Positions 44,219 through 54,500 of a DNA stretch of 64,000 bases are shown here, piece by piece. The translations under genes and the position numbers were made by a program. The notes beneath the pieces were generated by a model, which worked only from the letters and a program-made list of their open reading frames with translations, did no database searches and had not been told where the DNA came from. The stretch covers positions 140,505 to 204,504 of the forward strand of contig CAWJWO010000003.1 in the NCBI GenBank assembly GCA_963846585.1, written 5' to 3'. Numbering within the stretch: the first letter of the stretch is position 1; the number at the start of each line of letters is the position of its first letter. The stretch comes from an uncultured Bacteroidota bacterium. Its GTDB lineage: Bacteria; Bacteroidota; Bacteroidia; Bacteroidales; JAAUTT01.

Positions 44219-44496
44219 TGGTTATCTTTTTTAAGTTTAACAATTTTATATATAAGGTCATCCAACATATTACGCACAGTCGGATAACTTAATTTTAACT
44301 TTTGTGACATAATTTTTAAGCTGCCGCTGCACTGGATAAAATCCATAATAAACTCCTGTTCCTGCTGCTCCAGTTGCAGCAGGACAGGTAACTCATAGGT
44401 TCCGCTTATGGTGGTTTGACATGAATCACAAACGAGGCTTTGCACATTTAATGATGATTTGCAACTTGGACAAATCACAGGCAACTTCTTATCCAT
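44215..44496 (-). CDS. DUF2089-family protein (zinc ribbon + HTH)
   Basis: 93 aa. CPSC...(11)...CDSC zinc ribbon followed by an HTH-like segment, LKLSYPTVRNMLDDLI. First gene of the 6-gene operon. Confidence 0.65.
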   Translation of the reverse strand: MDKKLPVICPSCKSSLNVQSLVCDSCQTTISGTYELPVLLQLEQQEQEFIMDFIQCSGSLKIMSQKLKLSYPTVRNMLDDLIYKIVKLKKDNQ

Positions 44497-44654
44497 ATTT
44501 TCATTTTAATTTTCACAAATATAAACACGAAATTCATAAATACAAATAAATTATTAATATTATTTAATATACATTTAATTATATTTATATATTACTAAAT
44601 AAATTTGAAATCAGACCGGTTTTTATATCATTTCCAATAACTATCAAGAAACAA

Positions 44655-45113
44655 CTAACTCTTAAGTATGATGTCTATCGCCTTAAAAATAAGATCGGCC
44701 TCGAAACCTCTTCCCGCTGCAAATCGGAACAATTTTGCCCTTAAAGTATAATCATCCTTATCTTTTAAGGTATTTTTCTTCTTTATTATTTCCTCCTTCA
44801 AAATCCTTATATATTCTTCCGGATTTAACTGTTCCAGGGCAGCTGTAATAGCAACGTCATCTATTTTTTTTTGCTGTAACATAATTCGTATTTTTACTTT
44901 GCCCCATTTATTAAAACTTAGTTTATCGTTTGTATAAAACCTTGCCATCCGGAAATCATCAATAAATTTTTCTTTACGTAACTGCTTTGTCACCCATTCT
45001 ATCTCAGGTAAAGGTATCCCCCATTCATTAAGTTTTATCTCAATTTCTGAAGATGCATATTCTCTACTGCTACAGAGTTGCATTGCTTTAGATAATGCCT
45101 GGTATTTATTCAT
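44655..45113 (-). CDS. recX: Regulatory protein RecX
   Basis: 152 aa with a helical-repeat composition and RecX-like N-terminus (..ALSKAMQLCSSREYASSEIEIKL). Its start overlaps the prmC stop (ATGA). Confidence 0.65.
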   Translation of the reverse strand: MNKYQALSKAMQLCSSREYASSEIEIKLNEWGIPLPEIEWVTKQLRKEKFIDDFRMARFYTNDKLSFNKWGKVKIRIMLQQKKIDDVAITAALEQLNPEEYIRILKEEIIKKKNTLKDKDDYTLRAKLFRFAAGRGFEADLIFKAIDIILKS

Positions 45114-45955
45114 TGGAATATTGCTTTAATCATTCGTAACCTTCCATTTATATCCTTGCGCATTTCGGTATAAAATCCTGAATTAGTAAGGTAATCTTCG
45201 GTTAAATCTGCTATTTCAGAGTTAATTTCCAAATACACGGAACCTTCTGTTGAAAGCGCTTTTTTTGCAAACTGAAAAATAGCCTTATAATATAAAAGGG
45301 GATCGTCGCCAGGAACAAATAAAGCAATATGAGGCTCGTAATCCAGTACGTTTTTCTCCATAACTGTCTTTTGATCACGTGTAATGTAAGGAGGATTACT
45401 TACAATGATTTTGAATTTCCCTATATCCGGCAACGAATTGCTAAGAATATCAATTTTTCTGAAATCAACATTCACTTCATTTAAAATAGAATTCTTTTTA
45501 GCTGTCGCTAATGCATCTTCTGATATATCAATTCCAAAAACTTTGGCATTTGGTAGAATTTTAGCCAATACCACTGCAATGCAACCACTTCCTGTTCCAA
45601 TGTCTATAATTCTGTCTGAACAATTCAAATTTTCATCAAGTACCCATTTAACAAGTTCCTCTGTCTCGGGACGGGGAATAAGTACTGAATCGTCAACCAG
45701 AAACTTTAGGTCATAAAATTCTGTATTTCCGATTATATATTGTATTGGCCGGTTTTGTTTCAATTGTTCAATTATATTGTAAATTTGTTCCTGTTGTTTT
45801 TCAGTCAATACTTCATTGGCATGAAGATATAAATCATGATGTTTATAACTGAGTATTGCCTTAATGACTATAATTATAAAACTCTCAATTTCTGATAAAG
45901 GATACTGATTGTTTAGTTCTTTTTTGAATATAGCGGATAATTCTTTTATTGTCAT
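45110..45955 (-). CDS. prmC: Peptide chain release factor N5-glutamine methyltransferase
   Basis: SAM-binding DIGTGSGCIAV and the catalytic NPPY motif (VSNPPYI). The likely start is ATG at 45955 (MTIKELSAIF). The ORF-track extension to 46087 would overlap ribD. Confidence 0.85.
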   Translation of the reverse strand: MTIKELSAIFKKELNNQYPLSEIESFIIIVIKAILSYKHHDLYLHANEVLTEKQQEQIYNIIEQLKQNRPIQYIIGNTEFYDLKFLVDDSVLIPRPETEELVKWVLDENLNCSDRIIDIGTGSGCIAVVLAKILPNAKVFGIDISEDALATAKKNSILNEVNVDFRKIDILSNSLPDIGKFKIIVSNPPYITRDQKTVMEKNVLDYEPHIALFVPGDDPLLYYKAIFQFAKKALSTEGSVYLEINSEIADLTEDYLTNSGFYTEMRKDINGRLRMIKAIFQ

Positions 45956-45977
45956 GACATAAAAATACAAAATTACA

Positions 45978-47027
45978 ATGAACCACGAACTATACATGCA
46001 GCGATGTTTCGATCTGGCCCTGGCAGGATTGGGAAATGCAGCGCCAAATCCAATGGTAGGTGCAGTAATTGTGCATGACCAATCCATAATAGGAGAAGGC
46101 TACCATCGTAAGTTTGGGGAATCGCATGCTGAAGTAAATGCTGTTAATTCTGTAAAAAATAAATTTCTTCTTGCCGAATCTACACTTTATGTCAACCTTG
46201 AGCCTTGTATTCACTTTGGAAAAACACCACCTTGCACTGATTTTATTATAGAACATCACATCCCAAGGGTGGTTATTTCAAATCCTGACCCTTACTCAAA
46301 AATGAAAGGAAAAGGAATTGAAAAATTAAGAAATGCCGGTATTGAAGTAATCACGGGAATACTAAAAACAGACGGCGAAGTACTGAACAAAAGGTTCTTC
46401 ATGTATCATAATAAAAGCCGGCCCTATATTTTCCTGAAATGGGCACAGACAGAAGATCATTTTACAGATATTATCCGCGACCCGTCGCATCCACAGCAAC
46501 CCAACTGGATTACAAATGAAGAAGCAAGGATGCTTGTTCATAAGTGGAGATCCGAAGAACAAGCCATAATGGTTGGCACTAATACTGCCTTATTTGATAA
46601 TCCTAAATTGAATGTAAGGTACTGGAAGGGAAGAAGCCCTCTCAGGATAACAGTTGACAGATCACTGCGTCTTCCCAATAATCTTAATATTTTTGACGGA
46701 ACGCTTCCTACTATCATTTTTACTGAAAATGAAGCTGAAGATGAGAACAGCCCAAATATAGAATACATTACCATCCCTTTTGATGAATACCTGCCGGAAC
46801 ATATTCTCGGGCAACTTTATCATCGTCAGATCACATCACTAATAATTGAAGGCGGAACAAAAATGATAAACAGCTTTATTGAAGCCAATTTATGGGACGA
46901 GGCAAGGGTATTTACAGGCAAAAAATATTTTACCGAAGGTATTCCTGCTCCAGTAATAAAAGGGCCTCCGGTATTGACTGAACTTTGGGATGAGTTTAAG
47001 CTGGAGGTATACCGTAATAATTCATAG
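45978..47027 (+). CDS. ribD: Bifunctional riboflavin biosynthesis deaminase/reductase RibD
   Basis: 349 aa. Deaminase zinc motifs HAEVNA and PCIHFGKTPPC, followed by a reductase domain. Confidence 0.88.
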   Translation: MNHELYMQRCFDLALAGLGNAAPNPMVGAVIVHDQSIIGEGYHRKFGESHAEVNAVNSVKNKFLLAESTLYVNLEPCIHFGKTPPCTDFIIEHHIPRVVISNPDPYSKMKGKGIEKLRNAGIEVITGILKTDGEVLNKRFFMYHNKSRPYIFLKWAQTEDHFTDIIRDPSHPQQPNWITNEEARMLVHKWRSEEQAIMVGTNTALFDNPKLNVRYWKGRSPLRITVDRSLRLPNNLNIFDGTLPTIIFTENEAEDENSPNIEYITIPFDEYLPEHILGQLYHRQITSLIIEGGTKMINSFIEANLWDEARVFTGKKYFTEGIPAPVIKGPPVLTELWDEFKLEVYRNNS

Positions 47028-47097
47028 AAATTTAAAGCAAGCAATATTTGATATCTTAGATATTTCAATTAAATTCAACCACTTAAAAAAAATATTT

Positions 47098-48684
47098 ATG
47101 ACTGCAATATCCGAAAATTTCTATCGCTTATATTCCGAAAAACCGTTGCTTGTAATCATAATGCTTGCTCTGATTGTACGTCTTGTGGCCGTTGTATTGT
47201 CGCAGGGATATGGTATGCATGACGATCATTTTTTAGTAATAGAAACTGCACAAAGCTGGGCAGACGGAACTGACTATGATTATTGGCTTCCACAAAATCA
47301 GATTAATCCTGTGCCTGGCGGACACAGTTTTTTTTATCCGGGAATACATTATTATTTATTTAAAGGATGCCAATTATTTGGAATTACCAATCCGGTTCAT
47401 AAAATGTACCTGGTTCGCCTGTTACACGCACTGCTTTCATTATTGACTGTAATTTATGGCTATAAAATAACACTCCGCTTATCTAACCAAAAAACCGCTA
47501 ACCTTGCAGGTTTATTTTTGGCACTTCTTTGGTTTATGCCTAATCTTAGTGTTAGAAACCTTGTCGAAGTAGTTTGCATTCCCTTTTTATTGATAAGTAC
47601 CTGGCAGCTATTGGTAGCTGATGAACGCAAATACAAGTATTTTAATTATTTAATTGCTGGTTTTGTTATCGGCGTGGCAGTTTCTATAAGATATCAAACC
47701 ATGCTTTGTGTTATTGGTTTTGGGCTTGCCTTACTAATATCACGTAAATGGAAAGAAGCACTTTTTTATGGATTAGGTTCTGTTATTTGTATTTCCCTCA
47801 CTCAGGGAGTTGTCGATATGGTAATATGGCACAGGCCTTTCAGTGAACTTCAGGAATATATCCGTTACAACATTGTAGCACGCCATGTATACGGAACCGA
47901 TAACAATCTTATGTACTTCGAAATAGTTCTGGGTTTTCTGATTCCTCCTGTAAGCTTATTTCTGTTTTATGGTTTCTTGCGAACCTGGAAAAAATACCTG
48001 CTGATATTCCTGCCAACTGCCATCTTTTTTCTCTTTCATACCTTTTTTTCAAATAAACAGGAACGCTTTATAATGTCAATAATTCCGTTTATTGTTATCC
48101 TGGGATTTATTGGATGGAATGAGTATGTTGCCGGTTCATCCTTTTGGAGCAAACGACCAAAAATATTAAAAGGATGTTTCGTTTTCTTCTGGATTGTTAA
48201 TATTCTGGCATTGATTATATTTTCAACTTCATACTCAAAACGTTCCAGAGTTGAATCCATGGTATATTTATCCCGGTATAAATCAACATTGAACAGTGTA
48301 TTGGTTGAAGACTCCAATCGTAACGATGCTACTTTCTTCCCATGCTTTTATATGGGAAAATGGATTGAATTATATAATTATGCGAAATATCCTCAAAAGG
48401 ATACTGCTAAAATTGATTCCATTATTAATTTCGGACGATTCCGTAAAAAAATTATTTCATTGAAGGTATTTTTACATAATTCAAATTTAATCCCTCCCGG
48501 ATATGTTCTTTTTGTTGATGAGAAGAACCTTAAACCAAGAACTGAATATGTAAAAACTATATTCCCTCATTTACAATACGAAACAACCATTGAGCCCAGT
48601 TTTCTGGATAAATTGATGCAAAAATTAAACCCGATTAATAAAAATTATCCGGTGTTCATATATCGGACTAATGTGAAGAATTGA
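47098..48684 (+). CDS. Integral-membrane GT-C type glycosyl/mannosyltransferase (ArnT/PMT/Alg9-like)
   Basis: About 528 aa from ATG at 47098 (MTAISENFY). Many TM segments and an early acidic loop motif (GYGMHDDHF). The ORF-track start at 46990 overlaps ribD. Confidence 0.6.
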   Translation: MTAISENFYRLYSEKPLLVIIMLALIVRLVAVVLSQGYGMHDDHFLVIETAQSWADGTDYDYWLPQNQINPVPGGHSFFYPGIHYYLFKGCQLFGITNPVHKMYLVRLLHALLSLLTVIYGYKITLRLSNQKTANLAGLFLALLWFMPNLSVRNLVEVVCIPFLLISTWQLLVADERKYKYFNYLIAGFVIGVAVSIRYQTMLCVIGFGLALLISRKWKEALFYGLGSVICISLTQGVVDMVIWHRPFSELQEYIRYNIVARHVYGTDNNLMYFEIVLGFLIPPVSLFLFYGFLRTWKKYLLIFLPTAIFFLFHTFFSNKQERFIMSIIPFIVILGFIGWNEYVAGSSFWSKRPKILKGCFVFFWIVNILALIIFSTSYSKRSRVESMVYLSRYKSTLNSVLVEDSNRNDATFFPCFYMGKWIELYNYAKYPQKDTAKIDSIINFGRFRKKIISLKVFLHNSNLIPPGYVLFVDEKNLKPRTEYVKTIFPHLQYETTIEPSFLDKLMQKLNPINKNYPVFIYRTNVKN

Positions 48685-48920
48685 AGATGTGCAGATGTGT
48701 AAATTTACAGATGGTGAATAATTACTTATTACTAATGACAAATGAAAAGAGAGCCAGGAACCAAGAACCAGGAACCAAGACTAGGAACATGTAACTTGTA
48801 ACCTGTAACCTGCAACCAGTAATATATTAATACATAAACCTTATAGACCTTATCAACCTTATCAACCTTATCAACCTTATAAATTGAATAAACGAAAATA
48901 CTTTATAAACTTCATAAACG
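48684..48920. repeat. Composite STR block: (CAGATGTG-like) at 48684-48716, (CCAGGAACCAAGA) at 48750-48787, (TGTAACC/TGCAACC) at 48788-48823, (AACCTTATC)x~4.5 at 48837-48881, (CATAAAC-like) at 48901-48920
   Basis: Read directly downstream of the GT-C gene. Confidence 0.9.
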
Positions 48921-48934
48921 ATTAATAATAAGCT

Positions 48935-51280
48935 ATGAAAACTATCCTTCTATCTTTATTGACTGTTTTATTTATTGGATCAGTAAATGGCCAAAATGCT
49001 AAAAAATTTTTTAAAACAGGTGACGAGTTTTATAAAGCAGGAAATTTCAAGGATGCTATTAATCAATTTACCAATGCAATAAGCGTAAATCCGGAATATA
49101 AGGAAGCTTATTTCATGAGAGGCAAAGCTTATATAATTTTGAAAAATTTCGATAAAGCTGTGGATGATTTAAATCGTGCAATAATTTTCGAACCACAGAA
49201 TGAAGAGATATTTTATAACCTTGGGGTAACTTATAACAATCTTAATAAATATAAGGAAGCTCTTGATGATTTAAATCATGCAACATTCCTGAATAAAAAA
49301 TATATTCCGGCTTACCAGGAAAAAATAATCAGTTTGATGGCCCTGGATCAAAATTACAGTGCTTTAAAAGTTAGTGACACTGCTCTTGCTCTTGAAGGAA
49401 GTGCCCGTAATTATTACTTATACGGATTGGTAACACAAAATCTGAATTCTGCGCAAAAAGCAGAATGGGCCTTTACAAAAGCAATAAAGGAAGATAAAAA
49501 ATATATCGATGCATATGTTGCATTGGCCATATTGCAGGCGAATTATCTGAATAAGCCGGAAGAAGCTATGGTGCATTGTAATGAAGCACTTAAAATGGAA
49601 CCAAATTCGATATCAGCCCTTATTGCCCGAAGCAAAGTATATATAAAAATACTTGATTACCGTAATGCCATTGACGACTTATCAAAGGCAATAGTTATTA
49701 ATCCAGACAACGAAGATTTATTCCTGCTTCGTGGAATATATTATCAGGAATTTAAGCAGCATCAGAATGCAATAGACGATTTTAATAAAGTGATTGATCT
49801 GGATCCTAAAAATGCCGAGGCCCTATACAAACGTGCCAATTCCTATGAAGAAATATCTGATTTTAAAGGAGCTATAAAGGATTATCAAACACTGGTCCAA
49901 CTATCCGAATATGATGTAAAAGCAAAAAAATTATTAAAACAATCAAAGGATAGGCTATATGAACTTAAAAGAGAATCTAACAACCCTGTAATAACAATAC
50001 AGGATCCGGCTCCAAAAGACAAAAAAATCATTGAAATACCTAATAATAAGCATGTTGTCCAAATAAAGGGTTATGTAACAGATGAAAGTGATCTAAGCTA
50101 TATAAGGATTAATAATAAAAATATAACCTATAAAAATATTGACGGACAGAACCAATTTATAGCCGGTTTAAATATTGACAGCCTTGAATCAATATATATA
50201 TCTGCCTCTGACGTTTATAATAATGTTGAAAAGATGAATTTTATTATAAAAAGAACTGAAACTAATCCGCCTAAAGTAACAATATTAGCACCTTTGGCTT
50301 CCGATAACGGTGAAATTTATCTTGACAACAATGATGCCGTACTTTATGTGGAAGGGAAAATAACTGACGAAAGTCCTATAAAATCAATAATAATCGATGA
50401 TGTTTCTGCAAGTTTTGCAATTGATGAATTAAATCCAAAGTTTTCCGCCAATATAAATATTTCCAACAAAAATAAATTCACTGTAACAGCAACTGATATT
50501 TATGGAAACGGAATACCGGTCACTTTCAGGATTAACCGTGAAAATGCCTCTTTATTCGGATCAAACCCTATGGGTAAGACCTGGGTGATTTTTATCGAAA
50601 ATTCCAATTACCGTACATTTGCAAGCCTTGAAGGGCCAACTAAAGATGTTACCCTTATGAAAACTGCACTGGCTAAATACCAGGTTAATAACTTTGTTCA
50701 CAAAAAAGACCTTACAAAGGAACAAATGGAAAAATTCTTTTCAATTGAGTTAAGAGACCTGGTTAAAAGTAACCGCGTAAATACTTTATTGATATGGTAT
50801 GCCGGCCATGGTAAGTTTATTAACGAAACAGGCTATTGGATTCCAATTGATGCTAACCGCGACGATGAATTCACATATTTTAATATTAACTTTTTGAGGG
50901 CATCGTTACAATCCTATTCAACAGTTACACATAAACTTGTAATTTCAGATGCCTGCGAGTCGGGACCGACATTTTTCCAGGCTATGCGTTCCTCCTTAAA
51001 GGAACGAAGTTGCGATGACTGGCAGGCAACCCGGCTTAAATCGTCACAGGTATATTCCTCAGCCGGATATGAACTTGCCCAAGACTATTCTAAATTTACG
51101 AAAGCAATTGCCAATTTATTAGCTAGTAATCCGAATGCTTGTATTCCAATAGAAAGCATAGTTTTAAAGGTAAATTCATCATTACCCCAGGATAGCCAGC
51201 AAAAACCAAAATTTGGCAAAATCGCGGGCCTTGCTGATGAAGACGGAACTTTTTTCTTTATTGCCAGGGAAAGAAGATAG
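48935..51280 (+). CDS. Secreted TPR-repeat / Ig-like / caspase (peptidase C14) domain protein
   Basis: 781 aa. Signal peptide, about 8 TPR units (aa 20-340), beta-sandwich-like middle region, and a C-terminal caspase His/Cys dyad (LLIWYAGHGKF ... KLVISDACESGPTF). Confidence 0.8.
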   Translation: MKTILLSLLTVLFIGSVNGQNAKKFFKTGDEFYKAGNFKDAINQFTNAISVNPEYKEAYFMRGKAYIILKNFDKAVDDLNRAIIFEPQNEEIFYNLGVTYNNLNKYKEALDDLNHATFLNKKYIPAYQEKIISLMALDQNYSALKVSDTALALEGSARNYYLYGLVTQNLNSAQKAEWAFTKAIKEDKKYIDAYVALAILQANYLNKPEEAMVHCNEALKMEPNSISALIARSKVYIKILDYRNAIDDLSKAIVINPDNEDLFLLRGIYYQEFKQHQNAIDDFNKVIDLDPKNAEALYKRANSYEEISDFKGAIKDYQTLVQLSEYDVKAKKLLKQSKDRLYELKRESNNPVITIQDPAPKDKKIIEIPNNKHVVQIKGYVTDESDLSYIRINNKNITYKNIDGQNQFIAGLNIDSLESIYISASDVYNNVEKMNFIIKRTETNPPKVTILAPLASDNGEIYLDNNDAVLYVEGKITDESPIKSIIIDDVSASFAIDELNPKFSANINISNKNKFTVTATDIYGNGIPVTFRINRENASLFGSNPMGKTWVIFIENSNYRTFASLEGPTKDVTLMKTALAKYQVNNFVHKKDLTKEQMEKFFSIELRDLVKSNRVNTLLIWYAGHGKFINETGYWIPIDANRDDEFTYFNINFLRASLQSYSTVTHKLVISDACESGPTFFQAMRSSLKERSCDDWQATRLKSSQVYSSAGYELAQDYSKFTKAIANLLASNPNACIPIESIVLKVNSSLPQDSQQKPKFGKIAGLADEDGTFFFIARERR

Positions 51281-51455
51281 TGCATAGTGAATAGTGCATA
51301 GTGCATAGTGCATAGTGCATAGTAATTTGTGCTTAGTATATACAATATAACATTTTAACTGATGGCATTTATTGCTTTGGCCCCAGGCCTCTGGCCCCTG
51401 ATCCCTGGCCCCTGGTCCCTGATCCCTGGCCCCTGGTCCCTAGCCCCTAGCCCCC
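51277..51455. repeat. (ATAGTGC)x~8 at 51277-51338 and a C-tract array (CCCTGRYC-like)x~10 at 51379-51455
   Basis: Read directly. The first array supplies the TAG stop of the caspase gene (51278-51280). Confidence 0.95.
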
Positions 51456-51458
51456 GAC

Positions 51459-51502
51459 ACTCTGACGAGCATAACGGAGAAGTTGGCTTTTTCTTATTGA
51501 CA
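51459..51502 (-). repeat. Truncated inverted copy of the ~57-bp module
   Basis: The reverse complement reads TGTCAATAAGAAAAAGCCAACTTCTCCGTTATGCTCGTCAGAGTG. It matches the module up to GTTATGCTCGTCAGA and then runs into the C-tract array. Confidence 0.7.
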
Positions 51503-54500
51503 CTAATTAAGGCTTGTAGTAAAACTTTTATTATAAGTATAGTATTTACTTTTTTATCTGTTACTTCAAAATCCCAGTCATATTTTTTTGATAATTATTC
51601 ACTGGAAGACGGGTTAGCACACTCTAAGATTTATTCTATTATTCAGGACAGGAATCATCTTATTTGGATGGGTACTCCAGGCGGAGTAACAACCTACGAC
51701 GGGGTTAAATTTCAAAAATATACATCCGGAAATGGTTTGGCAGAAAGCGGAGTATGGTCTATTTATCAGGATTCAAAAGGTTTATTGTGGTTTGGTCATC
51801 TCGATGGCAGTATATCGCGCTGGAATGGCAGTAAATTCGAAAATATTCCGGGAGGCATTATATTTAAAGAAGTAGTGTATTCATTTTGTGAAAATGAAAA
51901 AGGTGAACTTTGGATTACTTCCTATGGATCAGGAGCTGCTCTGATTTCAAACCCCACTGCTCAGCTGACTAAACTAAAATATGAAAATTATAAAGGAAAA
52001 CGGCTTGGAGACCGTGTTTATGGATGTTTCAGGTTAAGTGACAATAAAAATTATTTTATAACCGATGCAGGAATAAAGGTATTCAATGACAATAATAAAA
52101 CTTTTGAAAATTTTTTTATTGACGGAATGCCTAGATTTTTCCCTATCACTACTCTTTTTGAGGACAAAAATAAGAATTTGTGGTTTGGAACAATGCATGG
52201 AGGACTTTACAGGTATAATAGAAAATCAGGAAAGTTTAAAATATTTGATATCCGTGATGGATTATCTTCTAATTTTATTACCTGTATTGCTGAAGACCGT
52301 TATGGGAAAATATGGGTTGGAACTGAAGCTGGTATTACAAAAATATACGGGGATAATTTAACAGTTTATAACCAAACCAATGGTTTCCTTGGCGGTATGG
52401 TAATTTGCATAACAATTGACGCCGAAGATAATATTCTAATTGGCACCTTTGAAAATGGGTTATCTATATATAAAGGGGAATTTCTTATCTTTTCACAACC
52501 TTGTAACCTTCCTGATCAACAAATTTTCAGTATTTTGGAAGATTCTAATAAAAAAATATGGTTTGGTACCGATGATGGTATATTTTTATATGATCCAAGC
52601 CATAAGAAGAACACTCATTTTGAATGGATTAAAGGAGCTATTGACAAACCTGCAAAGATAAGGTTTATAAAGGAAGACAGGCAAAAGAATATATGGATAG
52701 GGACTTATAACAACGGACTTTTTGAATATTTTTCAAAAACAGGAAAGCTTGAATCAAATTTCGATATTTTTTCAACTCTTCCATCCACCAGTAAACAAAT
52801 TACGGCTCTTGATACAGATAATAACGGATCACTTTGGATTGGAGCAAATGATCGTCTTTTAAACTATAATATATCTACAGGACATATACATGGTTATTCA
52901 CAGTATGATGGACTTTCAGGTAATATTATTACTGCTGTACATACCGATGTGAAAAATATTAAATATATTGGATCACAAGATCGCGGAATTACAGTATTTA
53001 AAGACACATTAACACCCCAATCATTAAAGTTTCCCTTGCTTGGCAATACAACGCCAACATGCATTACTTCCGATAATTCAGGCAATATTTGGATAGGCAC
53101 TGAAGGTCAGGGTGTAATTTGCTTTTCAAATGGAAAAATTAAAAAAAGGTTTCAGGAAAAAGATGGCCTGATTTCTGACCTGATAAGTTTTATTGCTCTT
53201 GATAAAACAGGCAATATTTATGCAGGTACTAATCAGGGCCTGAATGTAATAAATTCAAAAACAAATCTCATTGCCACTTTTTCTAAACGAAACGGATTTA
53301 TTGGAATAGAAGCAAAAAATAATGCCGTTTTTAAAGATTCAAAAGGATTTTTGTGGTTTGGCACAGCAAAAGGAGCAATACGTTTCGATCCACAAATAAC
53401 TCAGTACAAACCTGGTGAACCCTTTACTCATATAAGGCGATTCAGGGTAAATTATGAAGACCGCCCTTTAAAAAATGGTACAATACTATCTTATAACGAG
53501 AATTTTATCATTTTTGATTATATAAGTGTTTGCCTGAAAGACCCTGAAGCTGTACTTTACCAGGTAATGCTTGAAGGAGCCGACAAAGACTGGCATCCGG
53601 TTACCAGACAAACCATGGTAACATATTCGGCACTTCCTCCAAATCACTACATATTTAAACTACGTGCCAAAAATAGTTCTGGAGCATGGAACACTAACCC
53701 CGTTTGTTTCGAATTTCAGATACTTTCAGCTTTTTATAAAACCTGGTGGTTTATTAGCAGTTGTATAGGTATTATTTTAATTGCCATTTATACATATATT
53801 AAAAGAAGAGAAAGAAACCATATTAAAGAAAAACAGATTCTCGAATTTAGAATTGAACAGCGTACAAAAGAAGTTTCTCATATCAATTATGAACTTTCAT
53901 TAAAAAACAAGGATATAACTGACAGTATTTTATATGCAAGCAGAATACAAAATGCTTTGCTTCCCCCAAAACTGCCATTTGATAATTCATTCGTGCTTTT
54001 TTTGCCAAAAGATATTGTCAGCGGTGATTTCTTCTGGTTTACCATTAACGGGGATAAAGAGTGGCTTGCAGCAGTTGATTGTACAGGACACGGAGTACCG
54101 GGAGCATTTATGTCCATAATTGGCCACAATTTATTAAATAAAATTGTAAATGAGCTCGGAATTGTAAAACCATCCGAAATATTAAATCATTTGAATACAG
54201 AAATTTCTAATACCCTGCATCAATATCATCATGACGAAGAAATTCATGACGGAATGGACATATCCCTGATAAGTTATGATAACGTTACACATATTATTGA
54301 ATATTCAGGTGCATTTAACCCCTTGTGGATAATCCGTAAAAATGAAATTATAGAGACAAAAGCCAACCGCTATGCAATAGGTATTGCCCCGGGACTTGAA
54401 AAAGATTTTGTTAATAATGTTATTCCATTACAAACAGGAGATACACTTTACCTGTTTACTGACGGATATGCCGATCAGTTTGGAGGAACAGCCGGGAAAA

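Noticed and set aside
45956-46087. 5' extension of the prmC ORF overlapping the ribD start
   Set aside because: The extension has no PrmC-like sequence and is antisense to the conserved RibD N-terminus. ATG at 45955 gives a normal-length PrmC (281 aa).
51085-51345. Minus-strand 86-aa ORF (..YALCTMHYALFTMHY..), together with the 29449-29661 (+) ORF and the 51362-51496 N-terminal extension
   Set aside because: These are translations of the ATAGTGC, CYTGGYT and C-tract arrays. They have low-complexity periodic sequence and overlap better-supported genes or spacers.
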